Assembly (NCBI GenBank): GCA_018262095.1
Contig: JAGTRW010000012.1
Span: forward strand, 82,436 to 146,435
Source: Pseudomonadota bacterium
GTDB taxonomy: Bacteria > Pseudomonadota > Gammaproteobacteria > Burkholderiales > Rhodocyclaceae
Reading direction: 5' to 3'
DNA length: 64,000 nucleotides
Shown here: in pieces, positions 52,039 through 61,722 of the stretch
How positions within the stretch are numbered: the first letter of the stretch is position 1
Layout of the letters: each line of letters starts with the position of its first letter
Translations under genes and position numbers: made by a program
The notes under the pieces: generated by a model
Seen by the model: the letters and a program-made list of their open reading frames with translations, nothing else
Database searches by the model: none
What the model was told of the DNA's origin: nothing

Positions 52039-52815
52039 TCAGTTGGGCGGGTTGGCCAATCGCTCGTAATCGGGGGTCGATTTTACGGCTTTGATCGCCG
52101 CGTTTATCTTTTGCATGATGGCGCTGTCTATTTCCTTGCTGCACAGCAGGTACCTCATGTTGCCGCGCGGCGCGTCGGCGATCTCGACGGTCGTCAGATT
52201 GTCGCTGTGTTCCTGATCTTCGCTCACGATGTGGCGCGCTTCTTCGGCGACCGCAAACATGTAGTCGAAGCGGCCGCCGATCATCATCTTGTGCATTTTT
52301 TCGCTGTCGTTGCCGATGTTGATTTTTTGCAGTTTGGGTTGGTACTCGATGATTTTCCGGTCGAGCCAATCGCCATAGACATAGCCGTCCGAGACGCCCA
52401 GGCGCAGTTCGCTTTCGAGGACTTGCTTGATGCTTGGTCGTTCAGGCAAGGCTTTTCTCTTGCTCTTGTTGACGATGATGCGGAAGGGCTGGTCGCGGTA
52501 GATGTAGTCATCGGAATAGGCGTAGATGACTTCCCTCTCTTTCGTCTTCAGGGCGCCGATCAGGCACGAATTTCCCGGTTTTTTGAGCGACTCGAAAAAC
52601 CGGATCACCGGGACGTTGACCAAGCGATATTTGATCCCGGCCTGGTCGAGGATCAGCCGCGAAATGTCGATCAGCAACCCCGCTGGCTTGCCGTCGCGGT
52701 CGCCGTAGAAGGGCATTCGTTCGTAATAAAAAATAGTCAGTTCTGCCGGCGGCTCGGCGGCCAGGCCGGAAACGGAAAACGCCAGCAGTAGCGACAGCAA
52801 TGGTCCTGGTTTCAT
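52039..52815 (-). CDS. Orphan periplasmic substrate-binding protein (family 3-like)
   Basis: Signal peptide, ERMPFY...GLLIDI, GRFDY; AT-richer codon usage; no permease genes nearby. Confidence 0.75.
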   Translation of the reverse strand: MKPGPLLSLLLAFSVSGLAAEPPAELTIFYYERMPFYGDRDGKPAGLLIDISRLILDQAGIKYRLVNVPVIRFFESLKKPGNSCLIGALKTKEREVIYAYSDDYIYRDQPFRIIVNKSKRKALPERPSIKQVLESELRLGVSDGYVYGDWLDRKIIEYQPKLQKINIGNDSEKMHKMMIGGRFDYMFAVAEEARHIVSEDQEHSDNLTTVEIADAPRGNMRYLLCSKEIDSAIMQKINAAIKAVKSTPDYERLANPPN

Positions 52816-53024
52816 TTTCCCGCTCGGCTCCTGCGTCGAGTGCCATGAGAAGCTTGCCGTGTTGTCTGCATGCTAGCACCGTATTTTCTTGCGAGACTAG
52901 CGGCAGCGAGAAAAAGTGCGCGAGCTTCCACCGGTCCGTGCCATGGCAAACAAAACGGCCGTTTATGCCGCAGGATGCCACGCTTGTCGATCGTCGTCTG
53001 CGACCAGTCGTATGCGCTGGCGAT

Positions 53025-53040
53025 TGTCGGTCTTGCGACA
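53025..53040. promoter_or_regulatory. NifA upstream activator sequence for nifV
   Basis: TGT-cggtcttgcg-ACA (TGT-N10-ACA), followed by an AT-rich IHF-like tract at ~53068-53096. Confidence 0.75.
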
Positions 53041-53102
53041 TTGGTCGAGTAAAGTTCGTTGTGGCTATTTTTTAATTAATTGAAATAAAAGGGATTGTGT
53101 TC

Positions 53103-53118
53103 TGGCACCGGAATTGCT
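53103..53118 (+). promoter_or_regulatory. Sigma-54 promoter of nifVWZM
   Basis: TGGCAC-CGGAA-TTGCT, full consensus, just upstream of the ggagg RBS. Confidence 0.9.
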
Positions 53119-53139
53119 CTAGAGAATCCGGGAGGTCTT

Positions 53140-54315
53140 ATGACACAGCCAGGACACGATTTTCTAGTCATCAACGACACGACGCTGCGCGACGGCGAGC
53201 AGTCTGCCGGCGTCGCGTTCAGCGTCGACGAAAAGCTCGACATCGCGATCCATCTCGACGCGCTTGGCGTTCCCGAGCTGGAGATCGGCATCCCGGCGAT
53301 GGGCGAGACCGAGCGCGAGAGCATCCGGGCGGTCGCTGCGCTCGGCTTGTCGTCACGGCTGATGGTGTGGAGCCGAATGCACGCCGGCGACATCGACGCG
53401 TGCTGTGGTCTGGGCGTTCAGCTGATCGATATCTCGGTGCCGTCGTCCGACCAGCACCTGTCGTTCAAATTGCGGCGCGACCGCGGCTGGTTGCTGCAGA
53501 ACATCGGCAAGCATATCGCCCGGGCGCGCGACGCGGGTCTCGAAGTGTGCATCGGCGCCGAGGATTCTTCACGCGCCGATCCCGAATTCCTGGCGCGAAT
53601 CGCCGACGCTGCGCAAAGCGCCGGAGCGCGCCGCATTCGCTTCGCCGACACGCTCGGCGTTCTCGATCCATTTGCCGTCGCACAGCGCATCGGCGATTTG
53701 CGCCGGACGACCGACCTCGAGATCGAAATGCACGCGCACGACGATCTCGGCCTGGCCACCGCCAACACGCTGGCGGCGGCGCGCGCCGGCGCAACGCACG
53801 TCAATACCACGGTCAACGGCCTCGGCGAGCGCGCCGGCAACGCGCCGCTCGAAGAGGTCGTGCTTGGCCTGCGCCGCTGTTACGGCATTGAAACCGGCGT
53901 CGACCTGCGCAAATTCCCGGCGCTTTCAGAAAAAGTGGCGAGCGCTTCAGGTCGCCCGGTGGCCTGGCAGAAGAGCATCGTCGGCGAGGGCGCGTTTACG
54001 CACGAAGCCGGAATCCACATCGACGGTCTGCTCAAGCACCCCGACAATTACCAAAGTTTCGATCCCGCGCTGGTCGGCCGCCGTCACCGCTTCGTTCTCG
54101 GCAAACACTCGGGGAGCGGCGGGGTGCAGGCGGTCTATGCCGATCTTGGCCAGGTCGTCGCCGATGTCGAGGCGGTGCTGCTGATCGCCCGAATCCGTGA
54201 TTTCGTCTATTCGGTCAAGCGTCCGCCGGCGTCTGCCGAATTGCTGTCGCTGCTCGCCGAGTTGCGAGCTGCGACTGCTGAGCCGTTCGATTCATTGCCC
54301 AGGAGCGCCCCATGA
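53140..54315 (+). CDS. nifV: Homocitrate synthase NifV
   Basis: [43 protein letters not shown]; nif context. Confidence 0.95.
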   Translation: MTQPGHDFLVINDTTLRDGEQSAGVAFSVDEKLDIAIHLDALGVPELEIGIPAMGETERESIRAVAALGLSSRLMVWSRMHAGDIDACCGLGVQLIDISVPSSDQHLSFKLRRDRGWLLQNIGKHIARARDAGLEVCIGAEDSSRADPEFLARIADAAQSAGARRIRFADTLGVLDPFAVAQRIGDLRRTTDLEIEMHAHDDLGLATANTLAAARAGATHVNTTVNGLGERAGNAPLEEVVLGLRRCYGIETGVDLRKFPALSEKVASASGRPVAWQKSIVGEGAFTHEAGIHIDGLLKHPDNYQSFDPALVGRRHRFVLGKHSGSGGVQAVYADLGQVVADVEAVLLIARIRDFVYSVKRPPASAELLSLLAELRAATAEPFDSLPRSAP

Positions 54316-54644
54316 GTACGTCAAGTCCGCAAGGCTTCGAGTTTGTCAGCGCCATGGCCGATCTCGAATCGGCCGAGGATTTCCTCGATTTCTTTGGCGT
54401 CGATTACGATCCAGCCGTCGTGCAGGTCAATCGCTTGCACATCCTGCAGCGCTTCAACCAGTATCTTGGCCAGTATCCGCAAACACGTTTGCCGGATCAT
54501 GCCGAATACCGCGCCAGTCTGGCCCGCGCCTACGACGACTTCGTTCGCTCCGACGCCTTGACCGAGAAGGTTTTCCGGGTTCTGCAACGCGCCTCGGGAA
54601 TTACCACCATCCCGCTGTCGGCCATCGGGCGCGCGAGCCGCTGA
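54312..54644 (+). CDS. nifW: Nitrogenase-stabilising protein NifW
   Basis: [16 protein letters not shown]...[10 protein letters not shown]...EKVFRV. Confidence 0.93.
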   Translation: MSTSSPQGFEFVSAMADLESAEDFLDFFGVDYDPAVVQVNRLHILQRFNQYLGQYPQTRLPDHAEYRASLARAYDDFVRSDALTEKVFRVLQRASGITTIPLSAIGRASR

Positions 54645-55102
54645 TGCACTCGCGCTGGGATCTGGGCGACAGCGTTCGCGTCATCCGCAACGTGCGCAAC
54701 GACGGCACCTATTGCGGCGCGGCGACCGGCGACCTGCTGATCCGTCGCGGCAGCGTCGGCGCGGTCGTCGATATCGGCACTTTCCTGCAGGATCAGATCA
54801 TCTACTCGGTGCATTTCATCGACGACGACCGCATCGTCGGCTGCCGCGAGGAAGAACTCGCTGACGCCGCCGAGCCCTGGATTCCGAGCATCTTCGAGTC
54901 GAGGGAATGGGTCCGCGCGCGCCGCGTGCTTTCTCTGGGAAGCGCGCTGTGCGTTCCGCGCGGCGCGCTCGGTCAGGTGCTGCGGGTGGTCCGCGAGGAC
55001 GACGCGGCGCTCTACCACGTCCATTTCGACTGCCTGCCGGGACGCACGCTGGCCGTTCCCGAAGCGGCGCTGATGTCGCTCGCGGAGCCGTTCGATGCCT
55101 GA
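54644..55102 (+). CDS. nifZ: NifZ (P-cluster maturation)
   Basis: VRNDGTY...GSVG...FLQDQIIYSVHF...VGCREEEL. Confidence 0.93.
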   Translation: MHSRWDLGDSVRVIRNVRNDGTYCGAATGDLLIRRGSVGAVVDIGTFLQDQIIYSVHFIDDDRIVGCREEELADAAEPWIPSIFESREWVRARRVLSLGSALCVPRGALGQVLRVVREDDAALYHVHFDCLPGRTLAVPEAALMSLAEPFDA

Positions 55103-55934
55103 AAATCACCCTTATCTGACGCTCAAGCTCGCGCAGCAACTGTTCCAGAGAGCACCCGGCGAACTCGACGCCGAGCAGCGCCAACGCGTCGATGCGATCG
55201 TCGCGCGCCAGGTCAGGATGGAGGAGCGAATCCTCGCGACACCCGAAGCGGCGCAAGTGAGCGTTTCGCCGTCGGCGCTCGAAGAAGCGCTGGCGCAGAT
55301 TCGCTGCCGCTATGCCAGCGAGGCTGAATTTCTCGCCGATCTCGAAAAATCCGAACTCGATCCGGACCGCCTGGCGCAGGCCATCGCTTGCGAACTCAAG
55401 GTCGCTGCGGTGCTCGACCGCGTCGCCGGCCAGAACGACGACGTGGGCGACACCGACGTCGAAATCTACTATCTGGTGCATCGCGATCGTTTTCGCCGCC
55501 CCGAAAATCGTACCTTGCGACATATCCTGGTGACGATCAACGACACTCTGCCGGGAAGCGATCGGGTCAGCGCGCGCGACCGGATCGACGCCATCGGCAA
55601 GCGGCTCGTCAAATCGCCGGGGCGCTTTGGCGAACAGGCGCTCAAGCATTCCGAATGCCCGACGGCGCTGAGCAACGGGCAGCTGGGGACGGTCAAGCGC
55701 GGCCAGTTGTTCGCCGAACTCGAGGCGGTCGCTTTCGCGCTGTCGCCCGGAGAGATCTCGGCGGTCGTCGAGTCGCCGCTCGGTTTTCATCTTCTGCAGT
55801 GCGTCGCCGTCGAGGCTGAATCGCTGTTGCCGCTCGAATCGGTGCGCAGCGCGATCCGCGAGCGCATCGCCGAATCGCGCCGGCGCGCCAGCCAGAAAAG
55901 CTGGATCGCGCGGCTGCTCGGCGAAGCGGCGTGA
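55095..55934 (+). CDS. nifM: NifM peptidyl-prolyl cis-trans isomerase
   Basis: PYLTLKLA N-terminus; parvulin motifs RHILVT, HSECPT, GQL, ESPLGFH. Confidence 0.92.
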   Translation: MPENHPYLTLKLAQQLFQRAPGELDAEQRQRVDAIVARQVRMEERILATPEAAQVSVSPSALEEALAQIRCRYASEAEFLADLEKSELDPDRLAQAIACELKVAAVLDRVAGQNDDVGDTDVEIYYLVHRDRFRRPENRTLRHILVTINDTLPGSDRVSARDRIDAIGKRLVKSPGRFGEQALKHSECPTALSNGQLGTVKRGQLFAELEAVAFALSPGEISAVVESPLGFHLLQCVAVEAESLLPLESVRSAIRERIAESRRRASQKSWIARLLGEAA

Positions 55935-55950
55935 TGTCTAGTCGCGCTGA

Positions 55951-56229
55951 TCAGTCGTCATCGTCGCCGACGCCGTCGCGGCGCGCAACGGTCTGCGGGT
56001 CGCAGGTGATCGGACGGTAGATTTCGACGCGGTCGCCGGCGCGCAAGGAGGCTTCGGGCTTGATGATCCGGCCGAAGATGCCGACCTTCTGCGTGGAGAG
56101 GTCGAGGTGCGGAAACATGTCGAGAATTCCCGAGCGTGCGATCGCGTCATTGACCGTCGCGTCGTCGGGCACCTCGATGGTCAGCCAGATTTGTTGCACG
56201 TTTTCCGAGTAGGCGATACCGACTTGCAT
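55951..56229 (-). CDS. rnfH: RnfH
   Basis: MQVGIAY...KVGIFG...GDRVEIYRPITCDP. Confidence 0.92.
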   Translation of the reverse strand: MQVGIAYSENVQQIWLTIEVPDDATVNDAIARSGILDMFPHLDLSTQKVGIFGRIIKPEASLRAGDRVEIYRPITCDPQTVARRDGVGDDDD

Positions 56230-56248
56230 GAGCGTCTCCTGAGCGTGA

Positions 56249-56932
56249 TCAATGGCAAGCTGCGGTGGCCGCTGCGGCCGGGAGCTGAGTGCTGGCCGCG
56301 CGCGCCGCACGGCGTTCGCAGTGCTGTTTGGCCGCCAGCAGCAGGCCGAGCACCAGGAAGCCGGCCGGCGGCAGGATCATCATCAGCACGCCACCGTAGT
56401 TGGGCAGCACCGTCGTCTCGAGAAAGGCGAAGTTCGCTCCGAGCAGCAGGCTCGCCTGCGCGAACAGCGTTCCGGCGCCGATCAGCTCGCGGATCAGACC
56501 GATCAGCGTCAGCGCCAGCGTGAATCCGAGTCCCATCGCCAGTCCGTCGAGCGCCGACGCCAACACGCCGTGGCGCGAGGCAAACGCCTCGGCGCGTCCG
56601 AGCACGGCGCAATTGACGACGATCAGCGCGATGAACAGGCCCAGCACGCGGTAAAGGTCGTGCATCCAGGCATTGAGCGCCATGTCGACGACGGTGACCA
56701 GCGTCGCGATCAACACGATATAGACCGGAATTCGCACCTGCGGCGATACAAAATTGCGCAACGCCGAGATGATCATGTTGGCGCAGACCAGCACCGCGGT
56801 GGTCGCCAGTCCCATTCCCAAGCCGTTGGTTCCGCTGGTGGTGACCGCCATCGTCGGACACATGCCGAGCATCTGCGAGAAAACGACGTTCTGATCCCAG
56901 AGGCCGTCCTTGACGATTTTCCGGTAGTCCAT
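56249..56932 (-). CDS. rnfE: Rnf complex subunit E
   Basis: [28 protein letters not shown]. Confidence 0.93.
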   Translation of the reverse strand: MDYRKIVKDGLWDQNVVFSQMLGMCPTMAVTTSGTNGLGMGLATTAVLVCANMIISALRNFVSPQVRIPVYIVLIATLVTVVDMALNAWMHDLYRVLGLFIALIVVNCAVLGRAEAFASRHGVLASALDGLAMGLGFTLALTLIGLIRELIGAGTLFAQASLLLGANFAFLETTVLPNYGGVLMMILPPAGFLVLGLLLAAKQHCERRAARAASTQLPAAAATAACH

Positions 56933-56933
56933 G

Positions 56934-57551
56934 CTATTTCCCTTCGAGAATTTCCTGACGGTGGGCGGCGAAGAACTCGAGGCCGCCCTTGACCGCCTTG
57001 ACGACGGCGCGCGGCGTGATCGTCGCGCCGGCGAACTGGTCGAAAACGCCGCCGTCTTTCTTGACCGCCCATTTTTCGGCCGGCGGCGAAGCCAGCGACT
57101 GGCCTTCGAAGCTGCGAATCCACTTCGATTTGGCCAGCTCGATCTTGTCGCCGAGCCCCGGCGTTTCCTGATGCTTGACGACGCGAGCGCCGAGCAGCGT
57201 ACCGCTCGCGTCGATGCCGATGATGACGACGACGTCGCCGGCATAGCCGCGGCCGGAAACCTGGAATACCGCGCCGTTGACCTTGCCGGCCTGGCGCGAA
57301 AGGTAGAGGGTGACCGCTTTGCCGTCGCTCGCGGCGATTTTCATGGTGTCCTTGAGCAACTCGTTGTCGGCGAAGCCCTCGGGCAGAACCTGAACCAGCG
57401 ACGCCTGCAGGTCGCGCTGCTCGGCCTGGCGGATGCCGTCGTGCGTCAACTGGTTGCTGAGCGCCAGCGCGCCGCTGGTGAGCATGGCGATGATCGCCAG
57501 CGAGAGCGGCTGGTAGCTCAGTTTGTCGCGCCACAGCGCCAGAGTGCTCAT
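56934..57551 (-). CDS. rnfG: Rnf complex subunit G
   Basis: [18 protein letters not shown]-binding DQFAGATIT. Confidence 0.93.
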   Translation of the reverse strand: MSTLALWRDKLSYQPLSLAIIAMLTSGALALSNQLTHDGIRQAEQRDLQASLVQVLPEGFADNELLKDTMKIAASDGKAVTLYLSRQAGKVNGAVFQVSGRGYAGDVVVIIGIDASGTLLGARVVKHQETPGLGDKIELAKSKWIRSFEGQSLASPPAEKWAVKKDGGVFDQFAGATITPRAVVKAVKGGLEFFAAHRQEILEGK

Positions 57552-58645
57552 GATTTGGCCCTTTCAACGTCAGCGTCGAGCGGTGCGCCGCGCCAGTTGC
57601 GGCCGAGGATTCGCGGGCGCAGATAGCGGTCGATCACCGGCGTCAGCGCGTTCATCAGCAACACCGCGAAGGCGACGCCTTCGGGGTAGCCGCCCCAGGT
57701 GCGGATGACGTAGGTGAGAAAGCCGCAGCCGCCGGCGAAGAGCAACTGACCCAGCTTGGTGTTCGGCGAAGTGACGTAGTCGGTGGCGATGAAAAAGGCG
57801 CCGAGCATCGCGCCGCCCGAGAGCAGGTGAGTGGCGACGTCGAGATAGCGGGTCGGGTCGACGGCGTGGGCGATCGCCGCCGGCAGCGCGATGCCGGCCA
57901 GCATGGCGGCCGGGATATGCCAGCTGATGATGCGCAGCGCGAGCAGCACCACGCCGCCGGCAGCGATCAGCAGAGAAGCGGTCTCGCCGAGGCTGCCCGA
58001 ACGCGCGCCGGCCAGCGAGTTGGCGGGCGCGCTCGCCGCGGCGAGCGAATGCACGAGGTCGATGCCGCGCGACCATTCGGTCTTGGCAAAGCCGAGCAGC
58101 GTCGCGCTCGATACCGCGTCGAGCTTGGGAATGCCGTTGATGAAGATCATCAGGCCCTGATGGAAGTCGGGCGCGGCAGCGGCAGTGATCGGCAGCGGCG
58201 CGACCCAGACGGTCATCTGTACCGGGAAGGAAATCAGCAGGAAGACGCGAGCGACCATCGCCGGGTTGAAGAGGTTGAAGCCGATTCCGCCGAACACCTG
58301 CTTGCCGAGTATCGTCGCGAAGAGCCCGCCGACGACGCCGATCCACCAGGGCGACCAAGGCGGCAGCGAGAGCGCCAGCAGCCAGCCGGTGAGCAGCGCC
58401 GAGCCGTCGGAAAGCTGCGGCGCCGCTTGGCGTCCGGCGAGCTTGATGCTGACGAGCTCGCCGAGCAGTGCGGAAAGGACGGTGATCAACCAGAGCAGGA
58501 TCGCCGGCCAGCCGTAGAGCCAGAAGCCGTACAAGGTCGCGGGGACGAGCGTCGCCGCGACGCTGAGCATGATTCGCGCAACGCCGTTGCTGGCCAGCGC
58601 GTGCGGCGCGGTCGGTGGCGGGGCGGTGAGCAGGGTGGTGTTCAT
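57548..58645 (-). CDS. rnfD: Rnf complex subunit D
   Basis: KQVFGGIGFNLFNPAM, DAVSSAT, GSLGET, FIATDYVTSP. Confidence 0.93.
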   Translation of the reverse strand: MNTTLLTAPPPTAPHALASNGVARIMLSVAATLVPATLYGFWLYGWPAILLWLITVLSALLGELVSIKLAGRQAAPQLSDGSALLTGWLLALSLPPWSPWWIGVVGGLFATILGKQVFGGIGFNLFNPAMVARVFLLISFPVQMTVWVAPLPITAAAAPDFHQGLMIFINGIPKLDAVSSATLLGFAKTEWSRGIDLVHSLAAASAPANSLAGARSGSLGETASLLIAAGGVVLLALRIISWHIPAAMLAGIALPAAIAHAVDPTRYLDVATHLLSGGAMLGAFFIATDYVTSPNTKLGQLLFAGGCGFLTYVIRTWGGYPEGVAFAVLLMNALTPVIDRYLRPRILGRNWRGAPLDADVERAKS

Positions 58646-60153
58646 GCGGCGGTCTCCGTTGCGGCAAGCGTTGCGCTGGCCGCTTGCGCGGCTTTCTGCG
58701 CGGCGCGATCGGCCTTGCGTTTGGCGGCGGCAAGCGCTTTTTCGCGGGTTTCGCGCTCAAGGCGTTCGGCGCGCTCGGTGGCCAGGCGCTTGGTGGCGTC
58801 AAGGCGCAGCTTGTCGCGTTGCTGTGACCAGAGCTCGCCCTTGGCGTGCGTGAAGTACTGGACGAGCGGGATGTGCGACGGGCAGATGTAGGCGCAGCAG
58901 CCGCAGGCGATGCAGTCGGAGAGTCCGAGCGCTGCCGCGCCGTCAAGATTGTCGATGCGGACGTTGGCGGCCATCTCGAGCGGCAGCAGCCCGATCGGGC
59001 AGACGCTGGTGCACTTGCCGCAACGGATGCACGGACCGGCTGCCGGGGTGGCGATCTCCTCTTCATTCAATGCCAGGATCCCGGCGCAGCCCTTGACGAT
59101 CGGCACCTTGGCGTGCGGCAATACGGCGCCCATCATCGGGCCGCCCATCAGCAGACGCGCCGGCTCGCTCTTGAGGCCGGCGAAGGCGAGCAGGTCGGAC
59201 GCTAGCGTGCCGATCGGCGCCAGGATGTTGCCGGGCTGCCAGACGGCGCCGCCGTTGATCGTCACGATGCGGCGGATCAGCGGCTCGCCGAGACGAACCG
59301 CGCGATGCACGGCGTTGGCGGTGCTCACGTTGTTGACGATCACGCCGACGTCGGCGGCGCGGCAGTCGGAAGGCACTTCCTTGCCGGTCAGCGTCTGGAT
59401 CAACTGGCGGTCCGAACCCATCGGGTAGCGCGACGGCACCGGCCGCAGCTTGATCTCGGGAAAGTGTACGGCCGCCTTGCGCATGGCGGCGATCGCTTCG
59501 GGCTTGTTGTCCTCGATGCCGAGCAGCGCCTCGCTGGCGCCGGTGGCGTGCAACATCAGGCGAACGCCGTCGATGACGTCGGCGGCAAAATCGCGCATCA
59601 CGCGGTCGTCGCACGAGAGATAGGGTTCGCATTCGCCGCCGTTGACGATCAGCGTCGTGATCCGGGTCCGCTTGCCGAGCGCCAGCTTGACCGACGACGG
59701 AAAGGTCGCCCCGCCGAGGCCGACGACGCCGGCGGCGGCAACGAGTTCGGTGATCGCCTCGGGCGAGAGCGCGAAGGGATCAGCCGCAACACTCGCTTCG
59801 ATCGCGCGCTCGTCGCCGTCGGCTTCGATGGTGATCGCGTTGAACGGCAGTCCCGACGGATGCGGTGCCGTGATTTCGCCGATGGCGACGATGGTCCCCG
59901 AAGTCGGCGCGTGGATCGGCGCCGAAATCCGGCCCTGCGCTGCGCCGATCAACTGCCCCTGCAAGACCTTTTGTCCGACCAGAACGGTCGGCCGCGCGGG
60001 CTGGCCGACGTGTTGCAGCAAAGGCACGTAGAGCCGCGCCGGCAAGGGCAGTTGCCGCAGCGGGGCGTCGGCCGCCGGACGCTTGCGGTCGTCCGGATGA
60101 ACGCCCCAACCGGGGACGTTGAGCGTGTGCAGGAATTTTTCGATGAGTCCCAT
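58642..60153 (-). CDS. rnfC: Rnf complex subunit C
   Basis: GLGGATFP, NGGECEPY, GGPMMG, CIRCGKC and CIACGCC ferredoxin motifs. Confidence 0.93.
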   Translation of the reverse strand: MGLIEKFLHTLNVPGWGVHPDDRKRPAADAPLRQLPLPARLYVPLLQHVGQPARPTVLVGQKVLQGQLIGAAQGRISAPIHAPTSGTIVAIGEITAPHPSGLPFNAITIEADGDERAIEASVAADPFALSPEAITELVAAAGVVGLGGATFPSSVKLALGKRTRITTLIVNGGECEPYLSCDDRVMRDFAADVIDGVRLMLHATGASEALLGIEDNKPEAIAAMRKAAVHFPEIKLRPVPSRYPMGSDRQLIQTLTGKEVPSDCRAADVGVIVNNVSTANAVHRAVRLGEPLIRRIVTINGGAVWQPGNILAPIGTLASDLLAFAGLKSEPARLLMGGPMMGAVLPHAKVPIVKGCAGILALNEEEIATPAAGPCIRCGKCTSVCPIGLLPLEMAANVRIDNLDGAAALGLSDCIACGCCAYICPSHIPLVQYFTHAKGELWSQQRDKLRLDATKRLATERAERLERETREKALAAAKRKADRAAQKAAQAASATLAATETAA

Positions 60154-60163
60154 GGTCATCTCC

Positions 60164-60694
60164 TCAGGCGGCGGCTGGCGGCTTGGGCCAGACCCAGTGT
60201 TGCAAGGTGACCGCCACCGGCCGCATGACGACCGCCTCGGTCGGGCAGCGTTCGACGCAGTTGCCGCAACCGGTGCAGGCTTCGCGGATGACGCTGTGGA
60301 TCTGTTTGGCGGCGCCGACCATGGCGTCGGTCGGGCAGACCTTGAGGCAACGGCAGCAGCCGATACAGAGGTCTTCGGAGATGGTCGCCAGTTGCGGTCC
60401 CGCGTCGACCAGCGCAGCGAGATCGAGTTCAACGCCGAGCCGGGCGGCCAGCGCCGACGCCAGCGCCTTGCCGCCGGGCGGACAAGCGGCGACGCTCGCC
60501 GTTCCTTCGGCGATGGCGCGGGCAGCGGCCGGGCAACCGGCCATTCCGCACTGGCCGCAATTGGATCCGGGCATCATCGCTTCGATCTCGTCGATCAGCG
60601 GGTCGCCTTCGACGGCGAACTTGCGTGCGGCGACACCGAGGCCCAGACCGAGTGCGGCACCGAGCAGGGTCAGGCTGAAGATGGCGGCGATCAT
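60164..60694 (-). CDS. rnfB: Rnf complex subunit B (short, nif-associated type)
   Basis: PGSNCGQCG..GC; CIGCCRC...CPTDA; CTGCGNC. Confidence 0.93.
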   Translation of the reverse strand: MIAAIFSLTLLGAALGLGLGVAARKFAVEGDPLIDEIEAMMPGSNCGQCGMAGCPAAARAIAEGTASVAACPPGGKALASALAARLGVELDLAALVDAGPQLATISEDLCIGCCRCLKVCPTDAMVGAAKQIHSVIREACTGCGNCVERCPTEAVVMRPVAVTLQHWVWPKPPAAA

Positions 60695-60711
60695 GTCAAT
60701 ACCTCCTTTTT

Positions 60712-60853
60712 AACCACGGCGGCATGCACCGCAGGAAATACCCCTGGGGTACGGCGGGCACGGCGAAAAACTCAAGCAGTGCAGTTCCTTGCTCGTTCTC
60801 TTTTATCGGAACGATATAGGCCGTTGTCTTTTCGCCGTGTTCGCTGTGGTCAA
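60712..60853. repeat. Palindromic MITE/REP-like element, copy 3 (27-nt nested insert at 60725-60751) between rnfA and rnfB
   Basis: Left aaccacggcggca-[insert]-cggcgggcacggcga; right tcgccgtgttcgctgtggtcaa. Confidence 0.8.
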
Positions 60854-60862
60854 TCATGTTTT

Positions 60863-61444
60863 TCATTTGAAGTTGAGCCCCGAAAACCCCATGAACGCCA
60901 GCGACATCAGGCTGGCCAGGACGAAAGCGATCGGCGGGCCCGAGAAGGCTGCGGGGACGCGCGCCAGCGCCAGGCGTTCGCGCATTCCGGCGAAAATCAC
61001 CATGGCCAGCGTAAAGCCGAGCGCCGAGCCGAAGTCATAGACCAGCGTGGTGACAAAGCCGTGGTCCTGCTGGACGTTGATCAGCGGCAGGCCCAGCACC
61101 GAGCAGTTGGTGGCGATCAGCGGCAGGTAGATGCCGAGCATCTGGTAGAGCTTGGGCGCCATCTTGTGGATCACCGCCTCGGTGAATTGGACGACTGCGG
61201 CGATCACCAGGATGAAGGTCATGATGCGCAGGTAACCGAGGCCCAGCGGAACGAGCAGCCAGTGTCCGAGGATCCAGCTCAGCGCCGCCGCGAGGACGAT
61301 CACGAAGCTGGTGGCCAGCCCCATGCCGAGCGCGCTGTCGATGCGCTTGGAAACGCCCATGAAAGGGCACAGGCCGAGGAAGCGCACCAGCACCACGTTG
61401 TTGACCAGCGCGGTCGAAATCAGCAGGACGAAGTATTCATTCAT
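60863..61444 (-). CDS. rnfA: Rnf complex subunit A
   Basis: [32 protein letters not shown]. Confidence 0.94.
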   Translation of the reverse strand: MNEYFVLLISTALVNNVVLVRFLGLCPFMGVSKRIDSALGMGLATSFVIVLAAALSWILGHWLLVPLGLGYLRIMTFILVIAAVVQFTEAVIHKMAPKLYQMLGIYLPLIATNCSVLGLPLINVQQDHGFVTTLVYDFGSALGFTLAMVIFAGMRERLALARVPAAFSGPPIAFVLASLMSLAFMGFSGLNFK

Positions 61445-61474
61445 TGGCGGTCGGATTCCTTTCGTCCTAGCCGT

Positions 61475-61490
61475 ATCACGATTCGTGCCA
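61475..61490 (-). promoter_or_regulatory. Candidate sigma-54 promoter of rnfABCDGEH (A instead of C at -12)
   Basis: Minus strand TGGCAC-GAATC-GTGAT about 30 bp upstream of rnfA. Confidence 0.6.
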
Positions 61491-61605
61491 CCTGGCGGCT
61501 AGCCTGGCCCCGAAACCGTGCAGGCGACGCCATAACCCGCACCGCAACGGGGTTTTGGGCGCGCTTTGGCGTCTCTCGCGCCGCGTCGGTGGCGATCTTC
61601 CTGGA

Positions 61606-61621
61606 TGTCGCAAGTCCTACA
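61606..61621. promoter_or_regulatory. NifA upstream activator sequence between rnfA and nifL
   Basis: TGT-cgcaagtcct-ACA, about 115 bp from the rnf -24 element. Confidence 0.7.
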
Positions 61622-61674
61622 CTTTGCGGCAAAGGCGACAGCTTGGCCTCGCTGCTGCGATGCTTCGCGGCAGA

Positions 61675-61690
61675 TGGCGTGTTTCCTGCT
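61675..61690 (+). promoter_or_regulatory. Candidate sigma-54 promoter of nifLA
   Basis: TGGCGT-GTTTC-CTGCT with GG-N10-GC spacing, about 33 bp before the nifL ATG. Confidence 0.6.
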
Positions 61691-61722
61691 TGGAGAGTCT
61701 TGAGAGGGAGGCACTTGTGACC

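Noticed and set aside
52920-52990. Possible c-di-GMP riboswitch (ggcaaac) or reverse sigma-54 motifs upstream of the binding-protein gene
   Set aside because: No GNRA/tetraloop-receptor stems, and the TGGCAC matches lack GC at -12.
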